Source: Camelus dromedarius (taxonomy: Eukaryota). Taken from it: a DNA stretch of 64,000 bases. The DNA is taken from assembly GCF_036321535.1 (NCBI RefSeq), contig NC_087472.1:97900001-97964000 (forward strand), in the 5' to 3' direction. Under the pieces are notes generated by a model. The model saw nothing but the letters and a program-made list of their open reading frames with translations, made no database searches and had not been told where the DNA came from. Of the stretch, positions 27,204 through 38,181 are shown piece after piece. Made by a program: the position numbers and the translations under genes. The stretch's first letter is position 1. Each line of letters opens with the position of its first letter.

Positions 27204-27589
27204 CTTGGGTATAAAATGTAAAGAGACTACACAAAGTGCTTCTGCCTATAATGAAGTGTCAAAAACTTCCTGAGTCTGACAGCTTTACCTAGATATTGAA
27301 AATAACATTGTACCTTTCCCTGCCTCTGTAATACCATTTTTTTTTCTTTTTTAAGCAGGAAGACATTAGGTGCCACGGAATTCTCAGAAGAGTAGAGTAT
27401 ACAGTAAAACCAGCTGCTAAGGGGCCAAATCTTTTCCCAGCAGGCAGGTAGCGTGTTCAGGTGTACCCAACATGATCGCCTCTGAACTGCCCTCACCCTC
27501 CCCATTTCTACAACCAAAGTCTCTCCCTCTTTGTGAAACCACTTTTACTTTGTGAAACCCTCTCTCTTAACTACCGAATAAGCAAACAG

Positions 27590-28085
27590 GGGTACAGGTG
27601 GTTGGAGAGTCTCAAGGAGAGGTCTGACTCAAGTCCATTATTGCAGCCAACAGAATACACCTCCCAGACTTCCAACTCCTGGGGGCCTGGGCCCCACCGC
27701 TGTGCTCCGGAAGCCACTGGTGCATTTGTGTGGGGCCGCATCTTGCACAGGCTGCTCCAAGCCAATGGCTGAGCACCGCAGAGGTTCTAAGTAAGGGAGG
27801 CCCACTCCTAGGAGAGAGGGAATGCCTCTGAAGGCCAATGTGGGCTGGAGAATACCCTGACAGCCTTGCCAAACCTGTCTGTGACTGCCCAAAAGTCTAG
27901 GACACTTCCACCCAACCTCTCATTCTCCTCTTCACCCCGGGTCACACTTGTGTTGTGGTCTGATGGCTCTCGAAGCCTGGCCCAGCTCCCTCTCCATTTT
28001 CTCTCACACGTTCTTCTCTTAATAAAAGCTTTGCACATTTAATCCTGTCTTGACACCTGTTTCTTAGAGGACTGGGACCAACACA
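27590..28085 (+). mobile_element. ERVL-type solo LTR
   Basis: Ends aataaaagctttgcacatttaatcctgtcttgacacctgtttcttagaggactgggaccaacaca. Confidence 0.6.
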
Positions 28086-28884
28086 TACATACACCTGTCC
28101 TATCTTTGGGACCAAAGGTTCAGAGGAGAATGGTTTCTCTGCTCTTAAGAAAATCTACTGTTATGTAAACCCAATGAACTTTCTGAAGAGCCTAATACGA
28201 AATTCTCTGCAGGTGCTTATTATAATTGTTCTTTATAGTTGATTACAACAATAAAAACCCATCTCTTGGTTGTTATTATTGTAATAATCAAAGAAGATAC
28301 AGAGAGTCATCCCACTTAACATGTTTAACCATGACCTAAGACTCACTAAGTATGATTATATACCTCTTTTACTTCTGTGTCTCTATGGTGTAGACTGTTC
28401 CTCCACTGGGGACAGAGGGAGTCCTTCAACTGGTGGGAATGAAAGGATGAGTGCAATTCCAGGGCTGGTAAATACCTGAGCAGTTGGTAACATTCGATCA
28501 TGCCACAACCCAACTTCAAAATTCTGCATTCTCCTCATTTCCAGACAACATAGTCTAAACTCCTTGACATGACATAAAACTCTTTCATGACAGCCAAAGT
28601 CCTTTATAACTGGTTCCAACTTACCTTCCTAGTCCCCTGACCTCCTGTCACTTTTAAATGCTATCCTCCGGGCACCTCACTCTTAATAATTAAAATGACA
28701 TTTGAGGGAAAAGAGCTCCTGGCCTGCTTGGTCACAATAGTGATAAGATGTATGTGGGGGGAGGGAGGACAGCACTGACTGGCTCCAAAGAATAAGGAAA
28801 ATAGAATTAACATCTGACTATGGCCCAACATCTATGTATTCTCACTATCTTTTTTTTTTTCATTTTGGAAAATTATTTACTAGC

Positions 28885-29013
28885 TTTTTTTTTTTTATTA
28901 CGTATAGTCGGTTTACAATGTTGTGTTAATTTCTGGTGTACAGCATAGTGATTCACTTATACATATATATTCCTTTTCATATTTTTTCATTATAGGTTAT
29001 TACAAGATATTGA
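28885..29013 (-). mobile_element. L1 3' end fragment
   Basis: T-run followed by gtatagtcggtttacaatgttgtgttaatttctggtgtacagcatagtgattc. Confidence 0.75.
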
Positions 29014-31341
29014 AGGCAGCTGATCATCTCCAGTTTTTTTTTTTTTCCTTACGAAAATAACAATTTCCCCTGGCTATCAGTCTCTATATTGATCAATACC
29101 TGTTTTCCAAATGATTTTCAGTTTGCAACACGTGGGGCAGCATTTTTATCAGTCTGTAGGAGAGTTGATTATGCTAAAATATGCTAATATTGATTTGACT
29201 AACTAATGGACAGGATCCACCTGAATGAAAACTCTGTGTGGGACCTCATCTTGGCCCTGAAACCTTATCTGGGATGCCACATGCCTATCTATCAAGATTT
29301 GGTCTACATAAGTCACTCACTGCTCTGTTAGAATGACATAGTCCATGTTTCCCCATTTCCTGATGTCACCACTATCCCTACCATCTCTTCCCTGAAAAGC
29401 TGTGTTCTGTTCTGTGCCCTAGTGATAGACTCCTCCTAGTTCTTGTCCAGTTGGTTCTTGATTCCTCCTTGGGTCTTAGTCTGTACTATATTTGCCACTT
29501 CATCTGTGGTTGTTCATCCCCTCAGTGCCCTGGACACAGGGCACTGTGGCACCATCCAGGCAAATGGCCCAAATCAGGGTGTGGAATGGACTAGAATTAG
29601 GGAGGAATTGGAAGGAGACTGGAGCAAAGACTATGGTATTGTTCCCAGGTCGTTTTTCAGCACCATCCCATTCCTTCCATGGAAACTTATCCAGCAACAC
29701 TAAGAATATCTGCTGCATCTCTAAGGCTCAAACACCACCCAGGTCATCTGTGAATGAGGCCCCCACACAGTGGGTGAGCCTGGAAAGGCCAGAGAATAAA
29801 AACAGATTTTAGAGAAGGATTTCTAAGATAAAGGCTCTGGTGAAGAAATACATTTCTTCACAATGTAATCCATTGAAAAACAGTTCTGTAAGTCATTAAG
29901 AGGTGCTGTCATAAAATAAACTTTATTTCCATGGTCAAATAAGTCTAGAAAACTGCGGCTTAAAGTTCATAATTTTTCTTCACTTACAGGACTTCTCAGA
30001 GCTTTTATTGCACCAATAGGAATTGTAAATCAGCAAAAAAAGAAAAAAATACAAGATGAAGCAATTCTCAAACATATTTGGCCATGGAAGCCATACTTTG
30101 TTTTTTCAATGAAGACCTACTGATGTCTTGCATAGCCTAGTATTCAGAGGACCAGAGTTTGGGAAACACCAACCAAATGTAATGTCTCTCAGTCACAGAT
30201 TACACAGGGGATGAAAAATGATGAAAGATAGTTTCTGAAAAGCCAGGTTCCTCCCCTACAAGCGAACTGTACAGTCCTTCCCCTATGTAGGAAACCGATA
30301 TAACTCTGAGTTTCCAAACTTCTGGCAAATCAGTGAGGGTAGAGTGACCTTGGGAAAGTTACAAACCTATCTCAGGCATGGTTCCTTCGTTTATGACAAC
30401 TGGCCATAAAGATCTATCTTCCCACTCCAGTTCCCAAAGCTATAGAATTAATGGAGCCATTCCTAAGGAGTGATGTGAATTCCTTGGAGAAAGCCTCTAT
30501 GTAAATACAAGGTCTTGCCATCTTAAATGCTGTGGATTTATGCCCTGGACTGCACAGTGACAGCCATGCAGATAGCTCTGTTATTTTTCAAAGCCAAAGA
30601 AGTCTGATCAACACATTAGCCTTTCAGCCATCCACCCTCCCCAATACTGCCTTTTCACATGAAATTCTTATTTCTTCCTCTGTGAACTGATAAAATGTGG
30701 CAGCAATGTGCCCATGAAAGCCAAAACTCTAGTATTTCAGTGTAACTATTTCTAAGGGATAGAAAAGGTAAACGACTTGTAATGTGGGATGCATGTGTAT
30801 TACATTTACTTCCACAGTAAAAGGAAGAGCCAACATAGATAGGATGAATCGGATTCTTCATTATTTATGAAAATTGGCCTTTGAGACCTATTTCTTAAGT
30901 ACTTAATCACATGAAGGGAAAACTGAAGCAAGATTTCAAATTAGTTTGGCATAAAGATATATTAATTACATCAATGAATAGAAAATGCTTTGGTGGTGTG
31001 GATGTGTGCTATCTGAAACACTGGTTCAATATGACTCAGATAATTCTTACTGCAGACTAGGTATTTTTGTATGTTAAAAAGTGACCAAGATAAAAGAAGT
31101 ACAGATAGTAGGGTAATCATAAGCATGAACAAGATGTCTTTTTTTGAAGTAGTAGCAACAGAGATGGAAGACACATGACACTGACTGACTATTGTAAACT
31201 TGGCCAATGTCGTGTTGGTTGTAGGTGATCATGAGCTAAGTGGATGTGGAAGGTCTGGCTTGGCGACAACAGCTGGTTACATCCACATTACAATTTTGCA
31301 GGGATTCTTGTGCTTTGTACCCATTTATTCTTGTGTCTTAC

Positions 31342-31540
31342 CTGCCCCAGGGAATTCTTTGTTAGAGCTGAATTCTTTCTTCTATATAAATGTATCCTTC
31401 CCACCTTGAGATCTGCCATCTCTATTACCACAATCTTTCCTCTACCCAAAAGGCATTTTATCTCCTAACCTATAATTTTCCTTTTGCTCCCAACTCTACC
31501 TCAAGAAAAGTTTCTCAATCCTTTGGAGACAAAGTGACAA
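31342..31540 (-). pseudogene. Decayed exon (VTLSPKD*ETFLEVELGAKGKL*VRR...RWQISRWEGY)
   Basis: Acceptor ttttttctcccacttctcAG and donor CAG|GTAAGA. Position fits the helical domain after NACHT. Confidence 0.65.
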
Positions 31541-31649
31541 CTGAGAAGTGGGAGAAAAAAAATCTCTCACTGTCTCTTCAGTTTTTTTTAAAAGCATTCA
31601 TTCAGTTCAGACTCCAGGGAAGCTCTTGGACTCTGCCTTGTCACCCCCA

Positions 31650-32320
31650 CATGCACCTCCCAGGATTGATCCTAATCTAAAACCCCAAATTGCCCCTTTG
31701 GAATGAACAGTAGCTTAGAACATTCCTTCTATTGCTTTGGAGTCTCTGAAATATCCCCATTAAATAAATGCAGAGCCTGCAAGAGTTGTGAGATGAAACT
31801 GGTGGAGATGAGTGGTCCTGAGGGAATTTTTCATCTAAAAGAAATTTCTTGCTGCCATTCATGAACCCAAATTAGCTATTTTATGGAGCAAAAATAAAAA
31901 AATAAATCCTCCTAAGTCATCACTTGATTTAGTAAGTGATGTAGAAATATCCCATCAGTTGCTATAGGAAATTGAGCCTAGTCCATTTATTATTTTAATT
32001 TTAGTTCCTTAAGACATGTAGACAGAGATCTTGACAAAACCTGAGATGGGGCAAGAAGTTCCATAAGATCTTTAAAAGCCACTGGCATTCCCAAAGTACA
32101 TGGAAAGAAAAATCCATTTTAATGGAATCAATAACGCTTTGGATTTCCTGCCAGATTTTGTGTCTGTCCGTCATTCATTCAGTATCTGTAGGAACACGTA
32201 CTAGGTAGCGCTGCTGGCACCATGCAGACCACCCCTTGCAGAATGGACAGCCAGACCATACAGAATGAATCAGGGATCCTAAGCTTGCGAGTGCTGTCTC
32301 CATGGGTGCCCTGGGCAGTT
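31650..32320 (-). pseudogene. 3' part of the NACHT exon, carrying remnants of Walker A and Walker B
   Basis: P*FILYG then frameshifted SGC and SIL at about 32275-32240. One frame from 32100 to 31801 reads CTLGMPVAFKDLMELL..QFP..FLHHLLNQVMT*EDLFFYFCSIK*L..KIPSGPLIST. Compare NWD2 FLGTTDMSSDLRTLL..FINLLNESSLQRPLVIIFDALEQL..LPRFVRIVLST (recalled). Confidence 0.7.
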
Positions 32321-32321
32321 C

Positions 32322-32678
32322 TGCTTGTTAGGAGATACACACGCACACTCTGAAGGTACTGAGGGGGAAGAAAACAAACACCTGACTTAAATCACTGCAG
32401 CAAAGAGTGTTTTGACAGGATACTGTAAGACTAAAGGCAAAAAAGAGTGGTGCACAAGTACTACCCTCTAATTGATAAATTTGTTTTTCACAGGGTTAAG
32501 GGTTAGCAATTCTGAAACTATTTGTATTCCAGAAGTGAAATAAGTAAATACATTGTAGATAATGAAAGCCAGGTTCTCACTGTCAGAGCAAGAAATTACA
32601 AATAAAGAAAATGGGGGAGGCTAGAATAAATCCTATGGTGCTGAAGTCAGAAAAATCAATAAAAACTCATGATTTACA

Positions 32679-32711
<33 letters not shown>

Positions 32712-33840
32712 GACAAAAAGATACAGAAATATAGACGTGTGTGTTTAAGTACAACACCCCAGTAGCAATATTTATTTCTAAGCACCCAAATCTTGATTTC
32801 TAAATACCATTCTCCAATAAGAGGAACTAGGCCAAAAAGTAAAGAAGTACTCCAAAAAATTAGAAATTTTTTTAAAAAGGTGAAGACATGTTGAAAAGTC
32901 ATAGGAGCCAACCTGAAAGAGCTCTCAATGGTCAAAGTTGGAACAATCTGAACAAGGAAATAGAGTATTGGAATATAAACCTAAGAATAAATAAACATTC
33001 ATGAATCCATGCTGATACAACTGAATAAATAAACAGGGGAGAAGGACAGCTCTCCCTAGAGCATTCTAATTAAATAATACAGAAGGAATTAAGAAAACAG
33101 AAAATAACCATTAGAAGACATCAGTAATTGCTGCAAGCAAGAGCCACCAATGGATGCTAAAATTAGTTTGCAAAAGTTTAAGTAGAAACAAGATATTTGC
33201 TTACTCTCAAAGTCTCTCTCCAAACTATTTAGTAATTACAAAGAGAAAAATAGTAAGTTTATAGTCAGGAATACTGGTAGATACCACTCTGCAAATCAGC
33301 CAAGTGAACAAGATTAACATCACCAGGAATATATATGAACAGCATGTACCCTCTGATACTCTGTACTGAAAAGGGCACATGGCCTTTGGAGAATCCTTCC
33401 CAGGAATGCATAGCATCAATCTAATCATGAGAAAACAACAAGCTAATCCAAATTGAGGAACACTCTACAAAGTGACTGACCAGTACTCTTCAAAAGTGTT
33501 AAGTCATAAAAGACAAGAAAACACTATGGAAAGGTCAGAGTGGAGAAGACCACAGACACACAATTAAATGCAATACAGAATCCTGTGTCATATTTTAGAA
33601 CAGAAGAAAGATGGTAAGGGAAAAAAACTGGTGAAATCCAAAGAAATTCCTTAACTCAGTTCATAGTATTGTAGCAAGGTTAATTTCTCAGTTTTCATAA
33701 TTGTTCTACAGTTTTGTAAGCTGTAATAGGAGGGGAAACTGGCTGAAAGGTATGTGGGAACTCTGTACTATTTTTGCAACTTGTCTGTAAGCCTAAAGTT
33801 ATTTCAAAATCAAAAGTTAAAGCAACAATAGAAAAAAAAA
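32322..33840 (+). mobile_element. Ancient L1MC-like 3' region inserted in the NACHT exon
   Basis: ttagcaattctgaaactat, ccaaattgaggaacactctacaaa..ccagtactcttcaaaagtg, gaactctgtactatttttgcaactt..tttcaaaat, then an A tail. Confidence 0.8.
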
Positions 33841-33864
33841 TCAGAGGCGTAATTCTTAAGCTCC

Positions 33865-34372
33865 CGTGACTGTCTTTTCCAACAACGGCCCCACCTGCTC
33901 CTCCAGAACCTTGCCACCCCCCTATCAAGAGGTGAGGTCTATTTACCTTTCCTTCAGCCTGCACAGGACTTGATGACAACTTCCATGAGTAGGACAGACA
34001 CTGCCTGGCTTCTGAATCCAGGTCACAAAAGGTGGTGCAGCTCCTACATGGCGTGTTCTCTCTCTCTACCTCCCTCTTCTCACCCGCGGAACCCAGCCAC
34101 CATTTTATAAGAAAGCCTAGGCCACGTGATGAAATCACGTTTATATGTTTCAGCTGGAAGCCCCAGCTAATAGCTAAGGCAACAGCCAGACCTGTAAGTA
34201 TGCCTTCAGATAATTCCAGCCCAATGCCTTCAAGCTGTCCCATCCGTCACTAAGTGGAACAGAGATATGCTATTGTCCAAATTGCAGATTTGGGAGCATA
34301 ATTACTGTTGTTATTATTTTAAGCTACTAAGGTTTGGGGTGATTTGTTATGCTGCAAAAGATAACTGAAACA
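33865..34372 (+). mobile_element. MLT1-type solo LTR with 5-bp TSD (gctcc / gctgc)
   Basis: Ends ggtttggggtgatttgttatgctgcaaaagataactgaaaca. TSD copies at 33860-33864 and 34373-34377. Confidence 0.85.
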
Positions 34373-34547
34373 GCTGCCCTAAATTGGTATAATTAATTGC
34401 TATTGGAAGATACTATATCCATTCCATCCCTTAAAACAAAGCTTTACTAACAAGAGTAAAAAGAGGACTCATAGGTGGTGTGAGTTTAGTAGCATTTCTT
34501 GCCATTCTGTCTCTACAGTGATTTATTTTCCTATACAGTATCCCCCT
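34373..34547 (-). pseudogene. 5' part of the large NACHT exon, cut by an LTR
   Basis: Acceptor gatctccttcAG. Reads RGILYRKINH...YTNLGQ, and the frame continues as LKNYAS (33859-33843) once the LTR is removed. Confidence 0.5.
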
Positions 34548-34653
34548 CTGAAGGAGATCAATATGACCTTGAGATATTAAGATATATCCTAATGGCATAT
34601 TAGACTTGTGTTTTGCTAGGTCTCATTCTAAGCACATCCATATTAATGTCTAC

Positions 34654-34856
34654 CTGTTTACTTTCAGAACTAAGTCATCCTATTTGTCAGTGAATAAAGA
34701 GCAAAGTGATCAGAGTCCTCAGTTTCTCCCTTTACTCTGTGCCCTATCTTCACCCTTTAAGTTCAAACCTCTTGCCTTCTAAGTAGAGCTGGGACCACAC
34801 AAACAACCATCATTTACGTGCAAAAGTTTTTTCTTAAGTTTGTCAACTTGAGAATT
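34654..34856 (-). pseudogene. Decayed exon preceding the NACHT domain (NSQVDKLKKKLLH...SLCSLFTDK*DDLVLKVN)
   Basis: Acceptor cttttctgctttcAG and donor CAG|GTAGAC. 203 nt in one frame with 4 stops. Resembles NWD2 GLGKQFYEDMIDII (recalled). Confidence 0.6.
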
Positions 34857-34933
34857 CTGAAAGCAGAAAAGCCAGACACATCAATTTAGCAGTAAAACAC
34901 GCTGATATCAAAGATATCAAATAGGTCAATAAC

Positions 34934-35058
34934 CATCTTAGGAGTATTTGAGAACCTCTTTTTCTTTAAGAGGTTCTAAAGCTTCTAACTCTTCATTTTC
35001 AGAATTAAGCTAAATTATGACCTTGATCTTAAAGAAATTATGAAATAAACTGTACCAT
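34934..35058 (-). pseudogene. Possible short decayed exon (ENEELEALEPLKEKEVLKYS*D)
   Basis: Protein-like purine-rich segment lying between neighbouring exons. Splice sites are weak. Confidence 0.35.
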
Positions 35059-35363
35059 CTTCGAGATATTAACATGGAGAAAATAAAACGGAATTATCAA
35101 TGCTTAGTTTTCTTCCTGCTATAATTAAGGAAGAAGCTAATATTATAGGGATGTACATTACAAAAGTACTTTGCTCTTCTCTGTCAGATTAAAGTGAAGC
35201 ATGTTTCAATGTACCTTCTTTGAAGTCACTGTATGTGAGTTCACATCAGTCTCTTGCTTTTCTCTACTTTGAGAGCAAGGGAAATAGCACCAAAAAAATC
35301 GAGTTCTGAATCACAAACACCTGAGTTTGAATCTGGGCACTCTCAGTCACGTACTTGCTATGT

Positions 35364-35515
35364 CAGTGGTTCTCACAGTTTCAACGTGCATCAAAATCAC
35401 CTGGAGGGCTTGTTAAACCACAGGTTACTTGGGGCCCAACCCAAAGGTTTTTGATTCAGTACGTGTAGGGTGGGGCCTGAAATTTGTGTCTTACGAGTTT
35501 CCAGATGATGCTGAG
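35364..35515. mobile_element. MER5A-like MITE
   Basis: cagtggttctca..catcaaaatcacctggagggcttgttaaa..gggtggggcctga. Confidence 0.75.
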
Positions 35516-36121
35516 TTGTAAGCGTTTGAGCAAATTACTCCTTGGTTTGAGTCTCGGATTCTGTGGCTGAAAAAAATTGGAGAGTTTCTTCCTACACCAT
35601 AAATACTTACTTCCTTCCCCCGTATTAGTCAATACCCACAACAGGTTCAGCACCCTTTCCACAGTTCTGAACCTGAAACATTTCAGGAAACAGCGTTTCT
35701 TTTTCTCTTAGGTTTGGTTCAAATTCATTTGGCAACAAACCTGGTCTACTAACAGTCTTCATTTATTACATATTGTTTTTATTCGGTATCTATTTTATTA
35801 TATGTATAGTTTGGTTATCGGGGGCTGTGACCCTACCCCACTAGAATGGTTTTGTATTAAACAGGCTACGAACCATACTACCTTTCTAAAATGAGGGAAA
35901 AGGTCTGAATCCTGAAGTCCTGGCTTTAAATATTTTGGATAAGGAACTGGTGATCTGTCTTTAGCACTTCAAGAGATTTATATCTTTTCTTTGACTTATT
36001 TAACTGTTTTCAGTTTTCTCAACTTGCTTATAAATCCCTCAAGAGCAGAATCACGTCTTGTGTGGCAACCCCCACATCACCTATCACATCCTGAACCTGA
36101 AGTATGTGCTAAATAAATAAC

Positions 36122-36480
36122 CACTGGTTTGACTTTATTGACCCTAATAAGATTTGAGTAAAAGTTTGACATGATTCCACAGTATGAGATTCAAGAAGGA
36201 TAGATGGAATCAAAAAAATTGCAAGGTTCTCAAAATCGCCATTCTGACTATAATCCCCATCATCCCAAATGATACTGACAAGAAGAAAATGTGACAGTGA
36301 CATTTCTGCTCTTCTTTGCACTTGTCAAACATCATATCTAAAGTATTGGAACTGGACCTTGTTTCTGCTCCCCGTCTTAAGAACCTACACTATTATTCCC
36401 ACACTTTGATTTGATCTCTTTTCTAATGGCTGCTTTCCAAAAGCCTTTATATATGCTCAAAGCTGTTGCATCTTTAAAAA
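36122..36480 (-). pseudogene. Decayed exon (VFKDATALSIYKGFWKAAIRK...)
   Basis: Acceptor tctttctctttAG. Start resembles NWD2 IFKAAVKLLHEKG (recalled). Frameshifted; 3' end uncertain. Confidence 0.55.
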
Positions 36481-36632
36481 CTAAAGAGAAAGAACGCATG
36501 TTATGCACATAGGAACAAAGGTGCTGTGACTTGAGGTGTAATCTATGAGAAGGTGACCAATTCCATTTGTGATCCAGGAAGCCAAAGTGAGGTTGGCAGA
36601 TGGGGTAAGGACAGTCCACCAGATTCACTTAC

Positions 36633-36875
36633 AGAAGCTTGCAAAGATGCTGCAAGGGTCAGACCTCTCATTCAGAAGGCAAACTTTGATGGGAAACTGG
36701 ATACCAGGCACCTGGATCATCAGTGGGACAGTACGACAAAGCCTGTCCATCCGGGTATTGCATTATTGCGTTATATAGAGATTTTTGCCCCCCAGGATCT
36801 TAAGGTCACTGCTCTTTTAACAATGCCTCTAATACTACATCCCCACACCCAGAAAATCCCCTTGAATCTAAGAGC
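36633..36875 (-). pseudogene. Decayed exon (LLDSRGFSGCGDVVLEALLKEQ*P*DPGG...)
   Basis: Strong T-rich acceptor (cctttatttAG) and donor ct|GTAAGT. One frame with scattered stops. Confidence 0.6.
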
Positions 36876-36939
36876 CTAAATAAAGGAAAAAAAAGCAACA
36901 CTATTCACATTGCAGGAATGATGACACAAACAAATTCAC

Positions 36940-37158
36940 ATTCTCATTAGAACTGGTCCTGCAGGATTCTGCAGGATCAAGAATTTCATATGCCATTGCT
37001 TCGGCTGGACCACAGGACCTCCCCTCCAGATATATGAAGTACATCAGTGGGTTTTCAAATTAACACTTATTGAAATCTGAAACCTCTCCTTTTTCTTAAT
37101 TTTTTCCCAGTATTATCTATTGACCTTCACAGCTGGTATCTGGAGTAATACACATGTG
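36940..37158 (-). pseudogene. Decayed exon (LQIPAVKVNR*YWEKIK...KQWHMK)
   Basis: Polypyrimidine tract with AG at 37160-37159. Peptide resembles NWD1 IPSRIDEKEWEVL (recalled). Donor uncertain. Confidence 0.55.
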
Positions 37159-37407
37159 CTTGCAAAGACAAGAAAATAGAGAATGGAGCCATGAAAAGAG
37201 ACTGAGACAGACACAGAGAGAGGGAGGCAGAGAGAAGGAAGAGATACAGAAAAAATTATGATTCACTATAGGAAATTGCCAAGACTGTATCATTTTTTAA
37301 TGTATGAAAATGGAGATTTCATATAGTTCAACTTCAACATAAATAACTACTATCCCACATTTTTATAAGAAAACAAAAAAGAGAGAAAGAAACGAGAGGC
37401 ATTATAC

Positions 37408-38009
37408 GTAAGGATGATCTAGATGTATCTGGGCCCTACATCTCCATAACGCTGACTCTGATCATCCTCTTTCAGAGACAAAAAACCAGGGACCATTATG
37501 TGCCGGGTCATAATTTAGAGATGCACAAGAATGGAAGGGAGGCTTAAAAAGAGCCACATCAAAATTAATGGCTAAAGGGTCACATGCTAGACTTATGTAT
37601 TCAGGGTCGCCAGTCTCCTTTAAGATTCTTAGCTCAGACTGTTGATTGCCCGCCTCCCGGGAGACCACACTAAAATCCATCACTGCACTGCCCAGCATTT
37701 GTTCTTAGTGCAGCCTTCCCTGCAAAAGGCCTGGGCTTCCCCTGTGGCATCAGAGTGCCCAGGTGCCCATGTACTGATAAAAGCACACACTTCCCTTCCC
37801 CTTTCTTTCTTTGTTTCACAGGTGGAGCTAGATGGCTTCCATCATCACTTGACAATCTGGCTTTTGTCAGAATCAGTGCCTCTCTCCCCAGGGAAAGGGA
37901 ACGGAGGAAGGGAAATTGCAAGAACTTCTTTTCCTCTATTTTTCCTCCGAACGTCTATTTTTCTGACATTCTACTTGCCGTTTGTTGGAAACTGGATCCT
38001 GGCCAGGAC
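37408..38009 (-). pseudogene. Decayed exon: DUF4062-like N-terminal domain of the NWD-like gene
   Basis: GREVCAFIS at 37799-37773, MDFSVV at 37680-37663, GPWFFV from 37494, QRYG at 37454-37443, split across frames. Compare NWD2 GRSVRVFIS..GLEFQVID..GPCFVGLLGEKYG (recalled). The acceptor is weak. Confidence 0.72.
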
Positions 38010-38181
38010 CTCAGAATGAGGAGTGTGTTGTCATCACCAGGGAGAATACATTGAGCAGAACTTCTAAACTTGGGCTGAACACTGCACTGATCTGGGGTAG
38101 TGCGTTAGAGCACATGTTCCCAGGACCCTACTGAATCAGGCACCCCCACCCCTAACCCGAGTCTGTCTTGTTGCTTTAACT

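Larger units (their letters stand above)
1044..38009 (-). pseudogene. Unprocessed pseudogene of an NWD1/NWD2-like NACHT (STAND NTPase) gene with a probable WD40 tail; about 20 decayed exons
   Basis: Minus-strand AG...GT-bounded segments give collinear motifs: GREVCAFIS, MDFSVV, GPWFFV, QRYG, IPAVKV, VFKDATAL, SLCSLFTDK*DDLV, P*FILYG/SGC, TLGMPVAFKDLMELL, LLNQVMT*EDLFFYF, QLFSDNALVRLEAK..SLDKLLAL, NVCLLSWAS, NQRETDV*FIWYLVPTG, DIPKYC. These match NWD2/NWD1 motifs recalled from memory, in the same order. Many in-frame stops and frameshifts. Confidence 0.8.

Noticed and set aside
27335..27385. ENSVAPNVFLLKK resembling NWD2 DENSVPAAYYL
   Set aside because: It is out of collinear order (it should lie near the N-terminus) and has no convincing acceptor, so it is treated as chance.
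33695..34243. Longest ORF in the track (182 aa, minus strand)
   Set aside because: It lies almost entirely in antisense MLT and L1MC sequence, so it is not a gene.
34408..34443. SFVLRDGMDIVS as a Walker B motif
   Set aside because: It lies upstream of the Walker A remnant, which is the wrong order. The collinear Walker B position is 31905-31888.
34773..34796. GPSST*KA on the minus strand, spaced like a Walker A motif
   Set aside because: The surrounding exon aligns better to the pre-NACHT region (SLCSLFTDK*DDLV), and a better-placed Walker A remnant lies at about 32275-32240.
1044..38009. Assigning the symbol NWD1, NWD2 or TTC41 to the fossil gene
   Set aside because: Only motif-level similarity to the recalled sequences. 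Orthology cannot be supported without searches and synteny.
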